Assembly (NCBI GenBank): GCA_005191425.1
Contig: SUPR01000078.1
Span: forward strand, 1-16,124
Length of the DNA: 16,124 bases
Origin: Candidatus Helarchaeota ASGARD archaeon Hel_GB_B
GTDB lineage: Archaea; Asgardarchaeota; Lokiarchaeia; Helarchaeales; HEL-GB-B
Direction: 5' to 3'
Part shown: positions 7,756 through 16,124 of the stretch, one piece after another
Position numbering within the stretch: the stretch's first letter is position 1
Layout of the letters: every line of letters starts with the position of its first letter
Notes under the pieces: generated by a model
Told to the model about the DNA's origin: nothing
The model's input: the letters and a program-made list of their open reading frames with translations, nothing else
Databases searched by the model: none
Position numbers and translations under genes: made by a program

Positions 7756-8514
7756 TCAACTTGGCCAAGCCCACCAAGAAATGTCAATGCCATAAAACGG
7801 GAATAATGCTAAGGTTATACCAACTGTAATGAATTCAACTATGATTAAGACCGCATACATTAAGACATAAAACATTAGAATACTTTTCCATTGATTCCAA
7901 TTTCTTTTTTCGAGATATTTATCATGATACCAGTAAAATAGCCAATTAAAAGAGAAAATCAATAAAAACCAGCCAATAAAATTTGAAATTGGGACTTGAA
8001 GTATCCAGAAAGCCTGGTCTAAATCAGCCAACCAAATCCACTTATATTTTCTGATCATTATTGGGTCTATCATTAGGTCCATACTCATTCCAATAAATGC
8101 ACCGAGTAATGAAGAAATTACAAACCTTTTTGTTATTTTCTGAGTTATTTGGACAGATGTATAAGTAATAAGAAACCATGAGCAAGCCACAACTATAGGT
8201 ACTGCCATAAACCAGAGTATATAACCATGATAATTGAAATAATAAGTCATTGGGACTTCAATACCCATAAATGTTGTACCTTTTAAATCATAACCAGCTA
8301 ATATCATTTCATTCTCTTCTAAAGCGGCAAATAGAAATCCTCCTGAAAAGAATAGAATTATTTTTTTAATACCATATTTTTTATATCCATGATAAATTAC
8401 CATGAATGTCAATGCAAAAACAAGAACCTCATTTAAAATATTAGTAAAATTAATAGAATCTGAATATTTTATCAACCAGAAAAGTCGTTCCCAGAACAAT
8501 GGGTCATAGTCCAT
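7756..8514 (-). CDS. Carotenoid biosynthesis protein family (CruF-like membrane hydratase)
   Basis: Family pattern: E in TM2 (LEENE), VPIVVACSWFLITY, MDLMIDP, W-x-W and VPISNFIGWF. SD AGGAG upstream. Confidence 0.8.
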   Translation of the reverse strand: MDYDPLFWERLFWLIKYSDSINFTNILNEVLVFALTFMVIYHGYKKYGIKKIILFFSGGFLFAALEENEMILAGYDLKGTTFMGIEVPMTYYFNYHGYILWFMAVPIVVACSWFLITYTSVQITQKITKRFVISSLLGAFIGMSMDLMIDPIMIRKYKWIWLADLDQAFWILQVPISNFIGWFLLIFSFNWLFYWYHDKYLEKRNWNQWKSILMFYVLMYAVLIIVEFITVGITLALFPFYGIDISWWAWPS

Positions 8515-8987
8515 TTTGTCTATCTCCTATTATTTATTTAAATAAAAATTTGTTTAATAATAATCATTAATATATTTCGATTTTTAATTATTTGATTTAT
8601 TAAAATTTAGGTATAAGTCTTTATATTGAATTTGAATGGAAAATTTATTAGATTATTTCAATTTGAATTCATATTATTATTTTTTAAATTATTTTTTTAA
8701 ATTTAAAAAGATAAATCAATTCAATACATATCCCAGATCAGAATAAAATTTTAAATAAACTAAATAAAATGATTTTATTCTTAATTTTTAATTAGTTAAA
8801 ATATAAGACCTATTTTTTTCTCTTAAAATTGTATAAAAAATAATGTTACAAAATATTAATAATTATTTTCTTTTTAGGTACAATTATACAGTTCAAAATA
8901 TAAAAAATTAAAAGATTTAATTATTTAAATATTGAAAATTAAAACTTATTGGTCAGAATACCAATTAAAAATGATGAGTTGATTAAA

Positions 8988-10277
8988 ATGTCCAAATTTA
9001 AAGTTCAAGCAGTTAATGATGAGATCTTGGACGCATTAAAGTTGGAAAACCGCTATAAATGGCTTAATATGAACCTTCAGGCTATTTTAAACAAAAAGCA
9101 AATGGAGTTCTTAAAGGAAGTTGAAGATTTCGCTTTAAAAGTTGATAAAGAGAATAACTTTACTCATAGTATGGACGAAGATGTATATCAATATATGCCA
9201 ATATTTGGGAAGAAAGGGTATATTTCCAGAGGTCATAAATTTGATGAGATTGACATGGATTATGGAGATAAGTGGGGTTTAACATATGATATGTTACGAT
9301 GTCTTGCCGTTGATTTTTTTGATCCTCAATTTAATATGAGTATTGGTGCAACTACGTTATGTATTAATCCTATTGCGGAACACCACGATAATATTGATGT
9401 TAGATTAAAAGCTCTAAAAGAGTTAGTCACGGGGCAGGCAATTGGTTGTATATTAATTACTGAGCCTGAAAGAGGTTCTGATGCTACACATATGTTAACA
9501 ACTTGTGTAGAAAATGATGATGGGAGCTATTCTGTTTCTGGGACTAAGATTTTTAATACTAATGCTCCAAAATCGAAATATGCAGTTGGTTATGCGACCA
9601 CGATACAAAATGATTGGAAAGGTATGTGCCAATTTTTAATTGATACTTCGTGGGAGGGATGGAACTGTGAGAGAGCTAACATACCTTGGGTACCTAAATT
9701 ATGGATTGGAAAAGAAGAACTAAAAGATTTGCGAGTGCCAAAAGAATATGTTCTTGGCGGGCCAGGCAAAGGTAGGGATAATTTATTTGAAGGACTTCTT
9801 ACTGAACGCCTTGGAATTGCTTATGAAGACGTTGCACAATGCTGGGGTGCAATTGCTCATGCTGCAATCTATGCAAGTATGAGAAAACAATTTAAAAATC
9901 CAGTAATTAAATTTCAAGGAGTAGCTTTTACCTTGACAGACTATTGGGCAAAAACAGCCAATCTCTTCCAAGCAATTCTAAAATTTGCTGAAAATTATGA
10001 CGAAAAATATATAAAATATAAAGGAAATATCCCTAATGCAATTAGACAAAGTTTGGCTATCTCAGCTAGCCAGTTAAAATATAATGCATCTATATTAACA
10101 GAACGATGCTGTTATGAAATGGCAAATCTAATGGGGGGTGCAGGAGTCTGTGATAATACCTTAATACATGACCTTCTTGGTGTATCAAGAATTCAGGAAA
10201 TTGTAGGTGGTACTAGACAAATTCAACAATATATAATGACCAGTGGACTAATGCATTTATTTAAAGTCCTTCTTTAA
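8988..10277 (+). CDS. Acyl-CoA dehydrogenase family protein
   Basis: ITEPERGSDA, SGTKIFNTNA, LLTERLGIA, RKQFKNPVIKFQGV, MGGAG and EIVGGTRQIQ. ATG 8988 is preferred over TTG 8949. Confidence 0.93.
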   Translation: MSKFKVQAVNDEILDALKLENRYKWLNMNLQAILNKKQMEFLKEVEDFALKVDKENNFTHSMDEDVYQYMPIFGKKGYISRGHKFDEIDMDYGDKWGLTYDMLRCLAVDFFDPQFNMSIGATTLCINPIAEHHDNIDVRLKALKELVTGQAIGCILITEPERGSDATHMLTTCVENDDGSYSVSGTKIFNTNAPKSKYAVGYATTIQNDWKGMCQFLIDTSWEGWNCERANIPWVPKLWIGKEELKDLRVPKEYVLGGPGKGRDNLFEGLLTERLGIAYEDVAQCWGAIAHAAIYASMRKQFKNPVIKFQGVAFTLTDYWAKTANLFQAILKFAENYDEKYIKYKGNIPNAIRQSLAISASQLKYNASILTERCCYEMANLMGGAGVCDNTLIHDLLGVSRIQEIVGGTRQIQQYIMTSGLMHLFKVLL

Positions 10278-10322
10278 TTCTTAATTTTAACTTTATTTTC
10301 CCTTTTATTTTCTCTCTTTTCA
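10278..10322 (+). terminator. Pyrimidine/T-rich tract downstream of the acyl-CoA dehydrogenase
   Basis: ttcttaattttaactttattttcccttttattttctctcttttc immediately follows the TAA stop. Confidence 0.45.
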
Positions 10323-10636
10323 AGGTTGATAATTTTTAAATGTAATTGTTATTAAATTCTTGAATCTATTAAATGAAATGACTTTAAAAATATAGATTCT
10401 TATTTTCATGATTAATTATTACCTAAAAAATTTAACTTTGAACACATATTGAAAATAAAAATAAATAGGAAAAATTGAGTGAAAAATAGATAAAACGCTG
10501 TTATATATACACCATAATATCATTAAATCCTAATTTGTTAAAGTGATCAATAATTAAATCAAAAATTTAAAAATTATAAAAACTTTAAATATATTAGAAT
10601 TAAAAACAAAAATAAATAAGTAAGTGAATAATAAAA

Positions 10637-10888
10637 ATGGAAATAAATAACAGCTTAAGGGAAAAAATTCATAGACTGATCAATGAAATAGAAACTAGAA
10701 CAAAAAAATCCGAACAAATAAAGGAATTGAAATCTATCTTAGAGACAATAAAATCAGATCCTCAAAAATTCGAATCATTAAAGGATATTTACGAAGATGC
10801 AGAAGATGTTATTATGTTATATACAAGTTCAGGTCCTAAAGTTTGTGTTTATGATTCATTTATAAAAGGAGAATTAGATAATTCATAA
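10637..10888 (+). CDS. Hypothetical 83-aa protein
   Basis: Charged helical composition typical of real proteins; GTGA SD-like motif at 10624-10627. No family recognised. Confidence 0.65.
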   Translation: MEINNSLREKIHRLINEIETRTKKSEQIKELKSILETIKSDPQKFESLKDIYEDAEDVIMLYTSSGPKVCVYDSFIKGELDNS

Positions 10889-10931
10889 CAATATTATTAA
10901 ATTTTTCAATTAAGAATTAAAATTTATGAAT

Positions 10932-11390
10932 TTATTTGTCATTATTTATTGAATTTCGTAACATATTAAAAGTTGTTTTCTCTTTTTTACATTTTTCAAT
11001 TAAATCTGATACATTTTTTATAGAATTAATATCGTTTATTTCCGAAAAAAACTTTAAACTAGAATTGTAATTATCTAATGCCATATCAAATTTTTGAAAT
11101 TTTTGAAATAAAATCCCTTTATTCAGCAAGTAAGCAGCAATTCCAGGCTTAAAATTTATTTTTTTTACAATATTGATACCTTTTTCTAATATTTTTAAGG
11201 CAATTTCATCATTATTAAGAGATATATTCGCTAATGCTAGGCCAAGCAAGCTCGAAGCTTTTCCTAAATCATTGTTTTTATTATCAAAATAAGTTATTGC
11301 CTCATTAAATTTATTAATTGCAGATTTATAATTCTTTTTTCTTAATAATTCTATTCCTTCTTTCCATTTTTCATTACCATTCTCGCTCAT
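10932..11390 (-). CDS. Tetratricopeptide-repeat protein
   Basis: TPR-like helix pairs: YKSAINKFNEAI, GKASSLLGLALA...ALKILEKGI and GIAAYLLNKGILFQKFQKFDMALDNYNSSL. Confidence 0.85.
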   Translation of the reverse strand: MSENGNEKWKEGIELLRKKNYKSAINKFNEAITYFDNKNNDLGKASSLLGLALANISLNNDEIALKILEKGINIVKKINFKPGIAAYLLNKGILFQKFQKFDMALDNYNSSLKFFSEINDINSIKNVSDLIEKCKKEKTTFNMLRNSINNDK

Positions 11391-11760
11391 ATTTTCTCAT
11401 TTTTTTATTATATTTTTAATTATAAATGAATATTTTTGTATATAAATTGATTTATTATTAGTTTTATAATTTTGATCATAAAATAAAAATGTATGTTATA
11501 AACTGGTCAATATTGTTAGAAATTTTAAAGTTATGACCTTTTTTATTCAATCTTTTAATTTTTCAATATAAATTAATTGAATTTTATTAATAAATTTTAA
11601 AAATAGAAATTAATAAACCAATTAAATTGAGAGATGACGACAAATCTATTATTTTTTATAGAAAATTTGTTAATTTATTGAAAAAATACTAATTACACAA
11701 TTTTAATATTATGATTCAAATATTGTAAATTAATTTTCCTTTTTCATTTGATTATTTTAA

Positions 11761-13113
11761 ATGATCAAATTGGTGGTTTCATTGATTACAAAAATAAAAA
11801 AAGTATTAAAAGAACTAAAGGAGAGCATAAATTATAAGCTTCAAGGGCATCGAATAATTTTAATGTTTATATTGTCAGTAATTATAGGAATAATTAGTGG
11901 ATATGGATCTATTCTTTTTAGACTGATGATTTATTTAAATCAATTACTATTTAATTTGATTCCATTTTATTTTGGGAGTGTTTATATTATTCTAATGCCA
12001 GCAATAGGTGGTCTAATAGTAGGAATATTGACAAACAAATTCGGGAAAGAAACAAAAGGACATAGTGTACCAGAAATAATGGAAGCAATGTTATATAGAG
12101 ATGGAGTTATTAAAAAAAGGGTAGCACTATTAAAATTAATAGTATCTAGTGTTACGATCGGATCTGGAGGTTCTGCAGGTATAACAGGGCCGATTGCTCA
12201 AATTGGTGCTAGCTCTGGGTCGGCCATAGGTCAAATAATGAATTTAGACAAGAAAGATTTAAAATTATTAATAGCATGTGGAGTTTCTGCAGGAATTGCA
12301 GCCACCTTTAATGCCCCTTTTGGTGGTCTGCTATTTGGAATTGAAGTGATTTTGCGTCGATTAGAACTGGACATTAAAGTGTCATTGAATTTAACAATTT
12401 CTATTATTATTGCAACTCTAATTTCTATTGGATATTTAGGGAATCATCTTGCATTTGTTGTTCAATCAAATTATATTATGAATATTCCATTTGACTTTTT
12501 TATTTATCTAATTTTTGGTGTTATAATTGGACTATTTGGAGTAGGGTTTGTTAAATTTTTTTATGGTATAGAAAAAATATTTAATAAAATTAAAATTCCA
12601 AATTTTATTAAACCGTTAATTGGAGGAATCGGTGTTGGTCTAATTGCTCTTTTTTTCTCGCCACAAATTATGGGCGTTGGTTATGGGACAATTGAACAGA
12701 CATTAAAAGGTATGATACCATTATTTGTACTTCTTATGCTTTGTTTATTTAAGATCATTGTTACTTCTATTACACTCGGTAGTGGTGGTAGCGGTGGAAT
12801 ATTTGCACCATCACTCTTTATCGGGTCTACATTTGGTGGAACCTTGGGAATATTATTTTATTATTTATTTCCAACTCAGATATCTGACCCAATGGTATTT
12901 GCATTAGTTGGGATGGGAGCATTTTTTGCGGGTATAGCTAGAGCGCCATTAACCTGTATTTTAATGACTATTGAAATGACTTCGGATTATTTTCTAATAA
13001 TTCCACTTATGCTATCTTGTACTATAAGTTATTTAATCAATCAAATTATAATGAAAAAGAAGAGCATCTATACTATCAAAATCTTAAATAAGGGATATAA
13101 ATTAGATATTTAA
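11761..13113 (+). CDS. ClC-family anion channel/transporter without CBS domains and with atypical gate residues
   Basis: GHSVPE, GSGGSAGITGP, AGIAATFNAPFGGLLFGIEV, GSGGSGGIFAPSLFIG, ARAPLT and SIYT (Y445 equivalent). Confidence 0.95.
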   Translation: MIKLVVSLITKIKKVLKELKESINYKLQGHRIILMFILSVIIGIISGYGSILFRLMIYLNQLLFNLIPFYFGSVYIILMPAIGGLIVGILTNKFGKETKGHSVPEIMEAMLYRDGVIKKRVALLKLIVSSVTIGSGGSAGITGPIAQIGASSGSAIGQIMNLDKKDLKLLIACGVSAGIAATFNAPFGGLLFGIEVILRRLELDIKVSLNLTISIIIATLISIGYLGNHLAFVVQSNYIMNIPFDFFIYLIFGVIIGLFGVGFVKFFYGIEKIFNKIKIPNFIKPLIGGIGVGLIALFFSPQIMGVGYGTIEQTLKGMIPLFVLLMLCLFKIIVTSITLGSGGSGGIFAPSLFIGSTFGGTLGILFYYLFPTQISDPMVFALVGMGAFFAGIARAPLTCILMTIEMTSDYFLIIPLMLSCTISYLINQIIMKKKSIYTIKILNKGYKLDI

Positions 13114-13145
13114 TTGCCTCTCAATCTTCATAAAATATTATTTTT

Positions 13146-13796
13146 TTATAAAAAGAATTTTGAAATACTTTCTTTTAATGTCTTTTTATGTAATAAAATT
13201 ATTTTATCATTTTCTTGAACAACTATATTACTTTCAGGTAAAACAACTTTATTTTCTCTAACAATTACAAGAATATGAGTACCTTTTGGAAACGATATTT
13301 CATTTATATGCTTGTGGAAATATTTTGAATCTTTTGATATTTTAATACTTATTACATCAGCAAAACTAATGATTTTATTAATTACTTCAACTAATTCTAA
13401 TCCTCGTAAATATGCCATAAGATATTGAGCTGTAATTAGAGCTGGATCAATGATTTCAGTTAGTCCTAATTTTTTACATGATTCTATATAAATTGGATCC
13501 CTAACTCTGACAAGAATTCGCTTCACATTGTAAATTTTAGCTAAACATCCAATTAAAATATTAGTAGATTGGTTTTCAGTAACTGCTATTACAACATCTG
13601 CAGACTTTATACCTGCAGATTCTAAAACTTGAGGGTCTTTTGCATCGCCACATATTATATGAGATGAGAGACCTTCAGATAGCTGGGCACAAGTTTTCTC
13701 ATCTTTTTCAACCATATATACATAAATATCGTGCTTCATTAAAATCCTAGAAATTTCATAACCTGTTTGACCGCCGCCAATTACAAGTACTTTCAT
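13146..13796 (-). CDS. trkA: TrkA/KtrA-type RCK protein (one TrkA-N plus one TrkA-C domain)
   Basis: MKVLVIGGGQTG, GDAKDPQVLESAGIKSADVVIAVT, ARVR-like VRVRDP, and C-terminal ILVIVRENKVVLPESNIVVQENDKI. ATG 13796 follows AAGGATGG. Confidence 0.88.
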   Translation of the reverse strand: MKVLVIGGGQTGYEISRILMKHDIYVYMVEKDEKTCAQLSEGLSSHIICGDAKDPQVLESAGIKSADVVIAVTENQSTNILIGCLAKIYNVKRILVRVRDPIYIESCKKLGLTEIIDPALITAQYLMAYLRGLELVEVINKIISFADVISIKISKDSKYFHKHINEISFPKGTHILVIVRENKVVLPESNIVVQENDKIILLHKKTLKESISKFFL

Positions 13797-14030
13797 TATA
13801 AATTCCATCCTTAATTATAAATTTGAATAATCATTACCTATCTAAGAAAAAAAATTGTTTATAATTAAAATAATTAATTGATTTGTTATTTTAAAAGGTA
13901 TATTTAAAATTTTTGAGAAATTTGTTTCTCAATTTTAAATTCTGACCATAATTATAATTTAAAATCTCTAAAATAATTTAAATTTGATAATCTATTTAAT
14001 TTTAAAAAATTTCAATGATAATTCATCCAC

Positions 14031-14474
14031 TTAATTCAATATTGATTCTAGCCTATCGGATGGCTTTTTTGACAAATCACCAATTATTTTATCAATTATA
14101 TTTTTAAATTCGTTATATATAGAAACATTACCTGAAAAATCATTTAAATTATTATATTTTTCGAGAAATATCTTTAAAATATTGTCTAAAATTTTTGTTA
14201 TCATTTTTTCATCTAATTTTGTGCTTCCTATACAAAAAATACAGATATTACTATCAATTAAATTAGGTTCTAAACAGTTTAATATGATTATTTTATATTT
14301 TTTCATTTTAAATATTTCAATTTCATTTGGTGTAGTTTCCCCTATAAAAGAATTAATTACACTTAAGAATGCTCCTCTTAAATCAATATCAATTTTAATT
14401 TCTTTTTCATCATGATAAGACCTATTAAATACAATTAGGCCATTTTTCATTATTCCAATTTCAATAACGACCAT
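14031..14474 (-). CDS. Longin-like domain protein (Asgard eukaryotic-signature type)
   Basis: Beta-beta-alpha-beta-beta-beta-alpha-alpha pattern with GLIVFNRSY, DIDLRGAFLSVINSF, FKMKKYKII, ILDNILKIFLEKY and GNVSIYNEFKNIIDKII. SD AGAGGG upstream. Confidence 0.72.
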   Translation of the reverse strand: MVVIEIGIMKNGLIVFNRSYHDEKEIKIDIDLRGAFLSVINSFIGETTPNEIEIFKMKKYKIIILNCLEPNLIDSNICIFCIGSTKLDEKMITKILDNILKIFLEKYNNLNDFSGNVSIYNEFKNIIDKIIGDLSKKPSDRLESILN

Positions 14475-14529
14475 ATTAGCCCTCTAATATAATAGATAAA
14501 TCTAATTTATTTTAAAATATTAATATATA

Positions 14530-15690
14530 CTAAAGAGAAATGGGATAATTTCCAAATTCTTTTGCAGCTTCTACCATCCATTTTATATTTTCTATTTTTA
14601 CTGAATTTATCATATTGCTTGCTGATAGAATAAATCCGCCAACAGGAGCAGCTGTTTTAATTGCATACCTAACTTCTTTATAGACATCCTCTTTTGTCCC
14701 ATGAGTAAGTACAGCTCCAACATCAATATTTCCTAAAAGGCACAATTTATCCCCGACCTTTTTCTTAACATAATTTAAATCTACATTAGCTGTTGGTTCA
14801 AGGCTATGAAGTCCATCAAAACCCGATTCAACAATATAATCTAATAAAGGCATTATATTTCCATCAGTATGTAAAATAATTTTACCACCTCTTGAATGTA
14901 CCGCTTCAGTTAATCGCTGATAGCATGGGACCAATAACTCATGAAAAATTTTGGGGCTCATCATTGGACCAGTTTTAAAAGCTAAATCCTCGGATTCAAC
15001 AAAAACTTTAGCACCTGCATCCATATATGACATATAACAACTAATAGTAAAGTCAGTTATGGTCTTAAAGACATCTTTAGCTAAAGGTCGATTGCCATAC
15101 AATTGTTTTACAAAAAATTCCATTCCAAATCCCTGCCAAGCAGATTCCCAAATCCCTTGAATATCATTAATAACAAAAACTATGGTCTGTTCTTTAAATT
15201 TTCTATTAATTTTTCTATAAAAGCGTTTAGCCATTTTTGAATATTTAGTAGCATAAATTTCCTGGATGTTTTTCTTATATTCGTACCATTTCTCAACTGA
15301 ATCAATAAGTCCACGTTTATAAAACGGATAAATATTTCCTTCATTATCTAATGCTTCAATTAATCTTCCAAAAATATCGACCATTTTATGATCATCTATG
15401 AATTTTAGAGTTAAAAAGCCAACTTGTACAAAATCGATACCCAATTTTAGAACTGCTTTTACCATACGCGTAAAAATGTCAGTTTCCATGTCTTCAACTA
15501 CATTGTTTAATTGATTTAACCAATCATTCGGAAAATCTATCTTTAACTGCTCTATTACTTCAAAATCAGATTTTGGGGGAGGCCCTAATATTTTATCTAT
15601 ATTGTTTGCATCTAAATATATTAAATGAGTTGGGACTCTATCTACATCTTCTAAATTTAATGCAGCCCATATTCTCTCAATATTATTCAT
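14530..15690 (-). CDS. Uroporphyrinogen decarboxylase (URO-D)/MtaA-CmuA superfamily protein
   Basis: MNNIERIWAAL...DRVP N-terminus, EDLAFKTGPMMSPKIF, ILHTDGNI, GFDGLHSLEP, LLGNID and APVGGFILSASN. The HemE RQAGR motif is absent. Confidence 0.9.
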   Translation of the reverse strand: MNNIERIWAALNLEDVDRVPTHLIYLDANNIDKILGPPPKSDFEVIEQLKIDFPNDWLNQLNNVVEDMETDIFTRMVKAVLKLGIDFVQVGFLTLKFIDDHKMVDIFGRLIEALDNEGNIYPFYKRGLIDSVEKWYEYKKNIQEIYATKYSKMAKRFYRKINRKFKEQTIVFVINDIQGIWESAWQGFGMEFFVKQLYGNRPLAKDVFKTITDFTISCYMSYMDAGAKVFVESEDLAFKTGPMMSPKIFHELLVPCYQRLTEAVHSRGGKIILHTDGNIMPLLDYIVESGFDGLHSLEPTANVDLNYVKKKVGDKLCLLGNIDVGAVLTHGTKEDVYKEVRYAIKTAAPVGGFILSASNMINSVKIENIKWMVEAAKEFGNYPISL

Positions 15691-16124
15691 TATAATTTTC
15701 CAATTATCATTTTTTAAATTTAAGTTAAAATAAATATTATAAATATTCCATTTTTAAATTTTTAAGAATTCATTTTCTACAATAGGAATTAGAAAAATGA
15801 GAAAATAAAGAATTGATAAAACATGACCTTTTAATCAAATTTATTTATTTATTTATAATTCCTAATCAATTAATAGAAAATTTTATAAATTTAAAGAAAT
15901 TGGGGTTAATTTTAACTTCATTAACAGGAATTCTTTTTTATTTTCTAAATTAAAGAGTTTCTAATTTACTAATTCAGTTAAATAAAATAAAAAAAGCAAA
16001 AGTATCAAATTACAGTAAAAAATAAATGAAAATTAAATAAATATTTTTATTATTTTTGTTAAATTGAATTATAATGAAGTATCAATAATCAATTTTGATT
16101 AAATTACTATTAATTTTGTTGATT

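Noticed and set aside
7543-7758. Read-through extension of the CruF-like gene into the in-frame 64-aa ORF
   Set aside because: That frame overlaps the 74-aa membrane ORF, which has a proper SD and a coherent hydrophobic pattern. The 64-aa frame looks like a shadow.
8515-8987. TATA/BRE promoters and operator palindromes in long spacers (also 11391-11760 and 15691-16124)
   Set aside because: The AT content makes TATA-like and short palindromic matches ubiquitous; none could be singled out by eye.
2348-14415. Short overlapping ORFs 2348-2575, 3217-3408, 4092-4340, 6830-7141, 9783-9971, 12725-12907 and 14182-14415
   Set aside because: They are antisense or alternate-frame shadows of well-supported genes, with no motifs.
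1-16124. CRISPR array, tRNA/rRNA, IS element or integrase
   Set aside because: No regularly spaced direct repeats, GC-rich structured RNA segments, terminal inverted repeats or transposase/integrase motifs were seen.

Overview
AT-rich archaeal window with long AT-rich intergenic tracts and GTGA/GAGG-type Shine-Dalgarno motifs. Gene content points to an Asgard archaeon (Loki/Helarchaeia-like); this is inferred from a longin-like protein, a URO-D-family paralog, a surface-protein remnant and the SD type. Twelve intact CDSs: a stand-alone FrhB-family protein with an extra C-terminal domain, a Gfo/Idh/MocA oxidoreductase, a membrane metal-hydrolase-like protein, an MFS transporter, a CruF-like protein coupled to a 74-aa membrane protein, an acyl-CoA dehydrogenase, an 83-aa orphan, a TPR protein, a ClC homolog, a TrkA/KtrA RCK protein, a longin-like protein and a URO-D/MtaA-family protein. 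The two most striking signals are (1) a decayed gene at 238-1427 that reconstructs to a ~395-aa fused HgcAB-like protein (corrinoid domain, TM block, 2x[4Fe-4S]) with a variant cap helix NVWCSACGG, and (2) an intact ClC that lacks both proton-coupling glutamates (GREGP is GITGP; E203 is V). Two further pseudogene remnants are not resolved by the ORF track: a surface-protein fragment at about 5010-5414 and a possible URO-D-like fragment at <1-229. No rRNA, tRNA, CRISPR array or mobile element was recognised.
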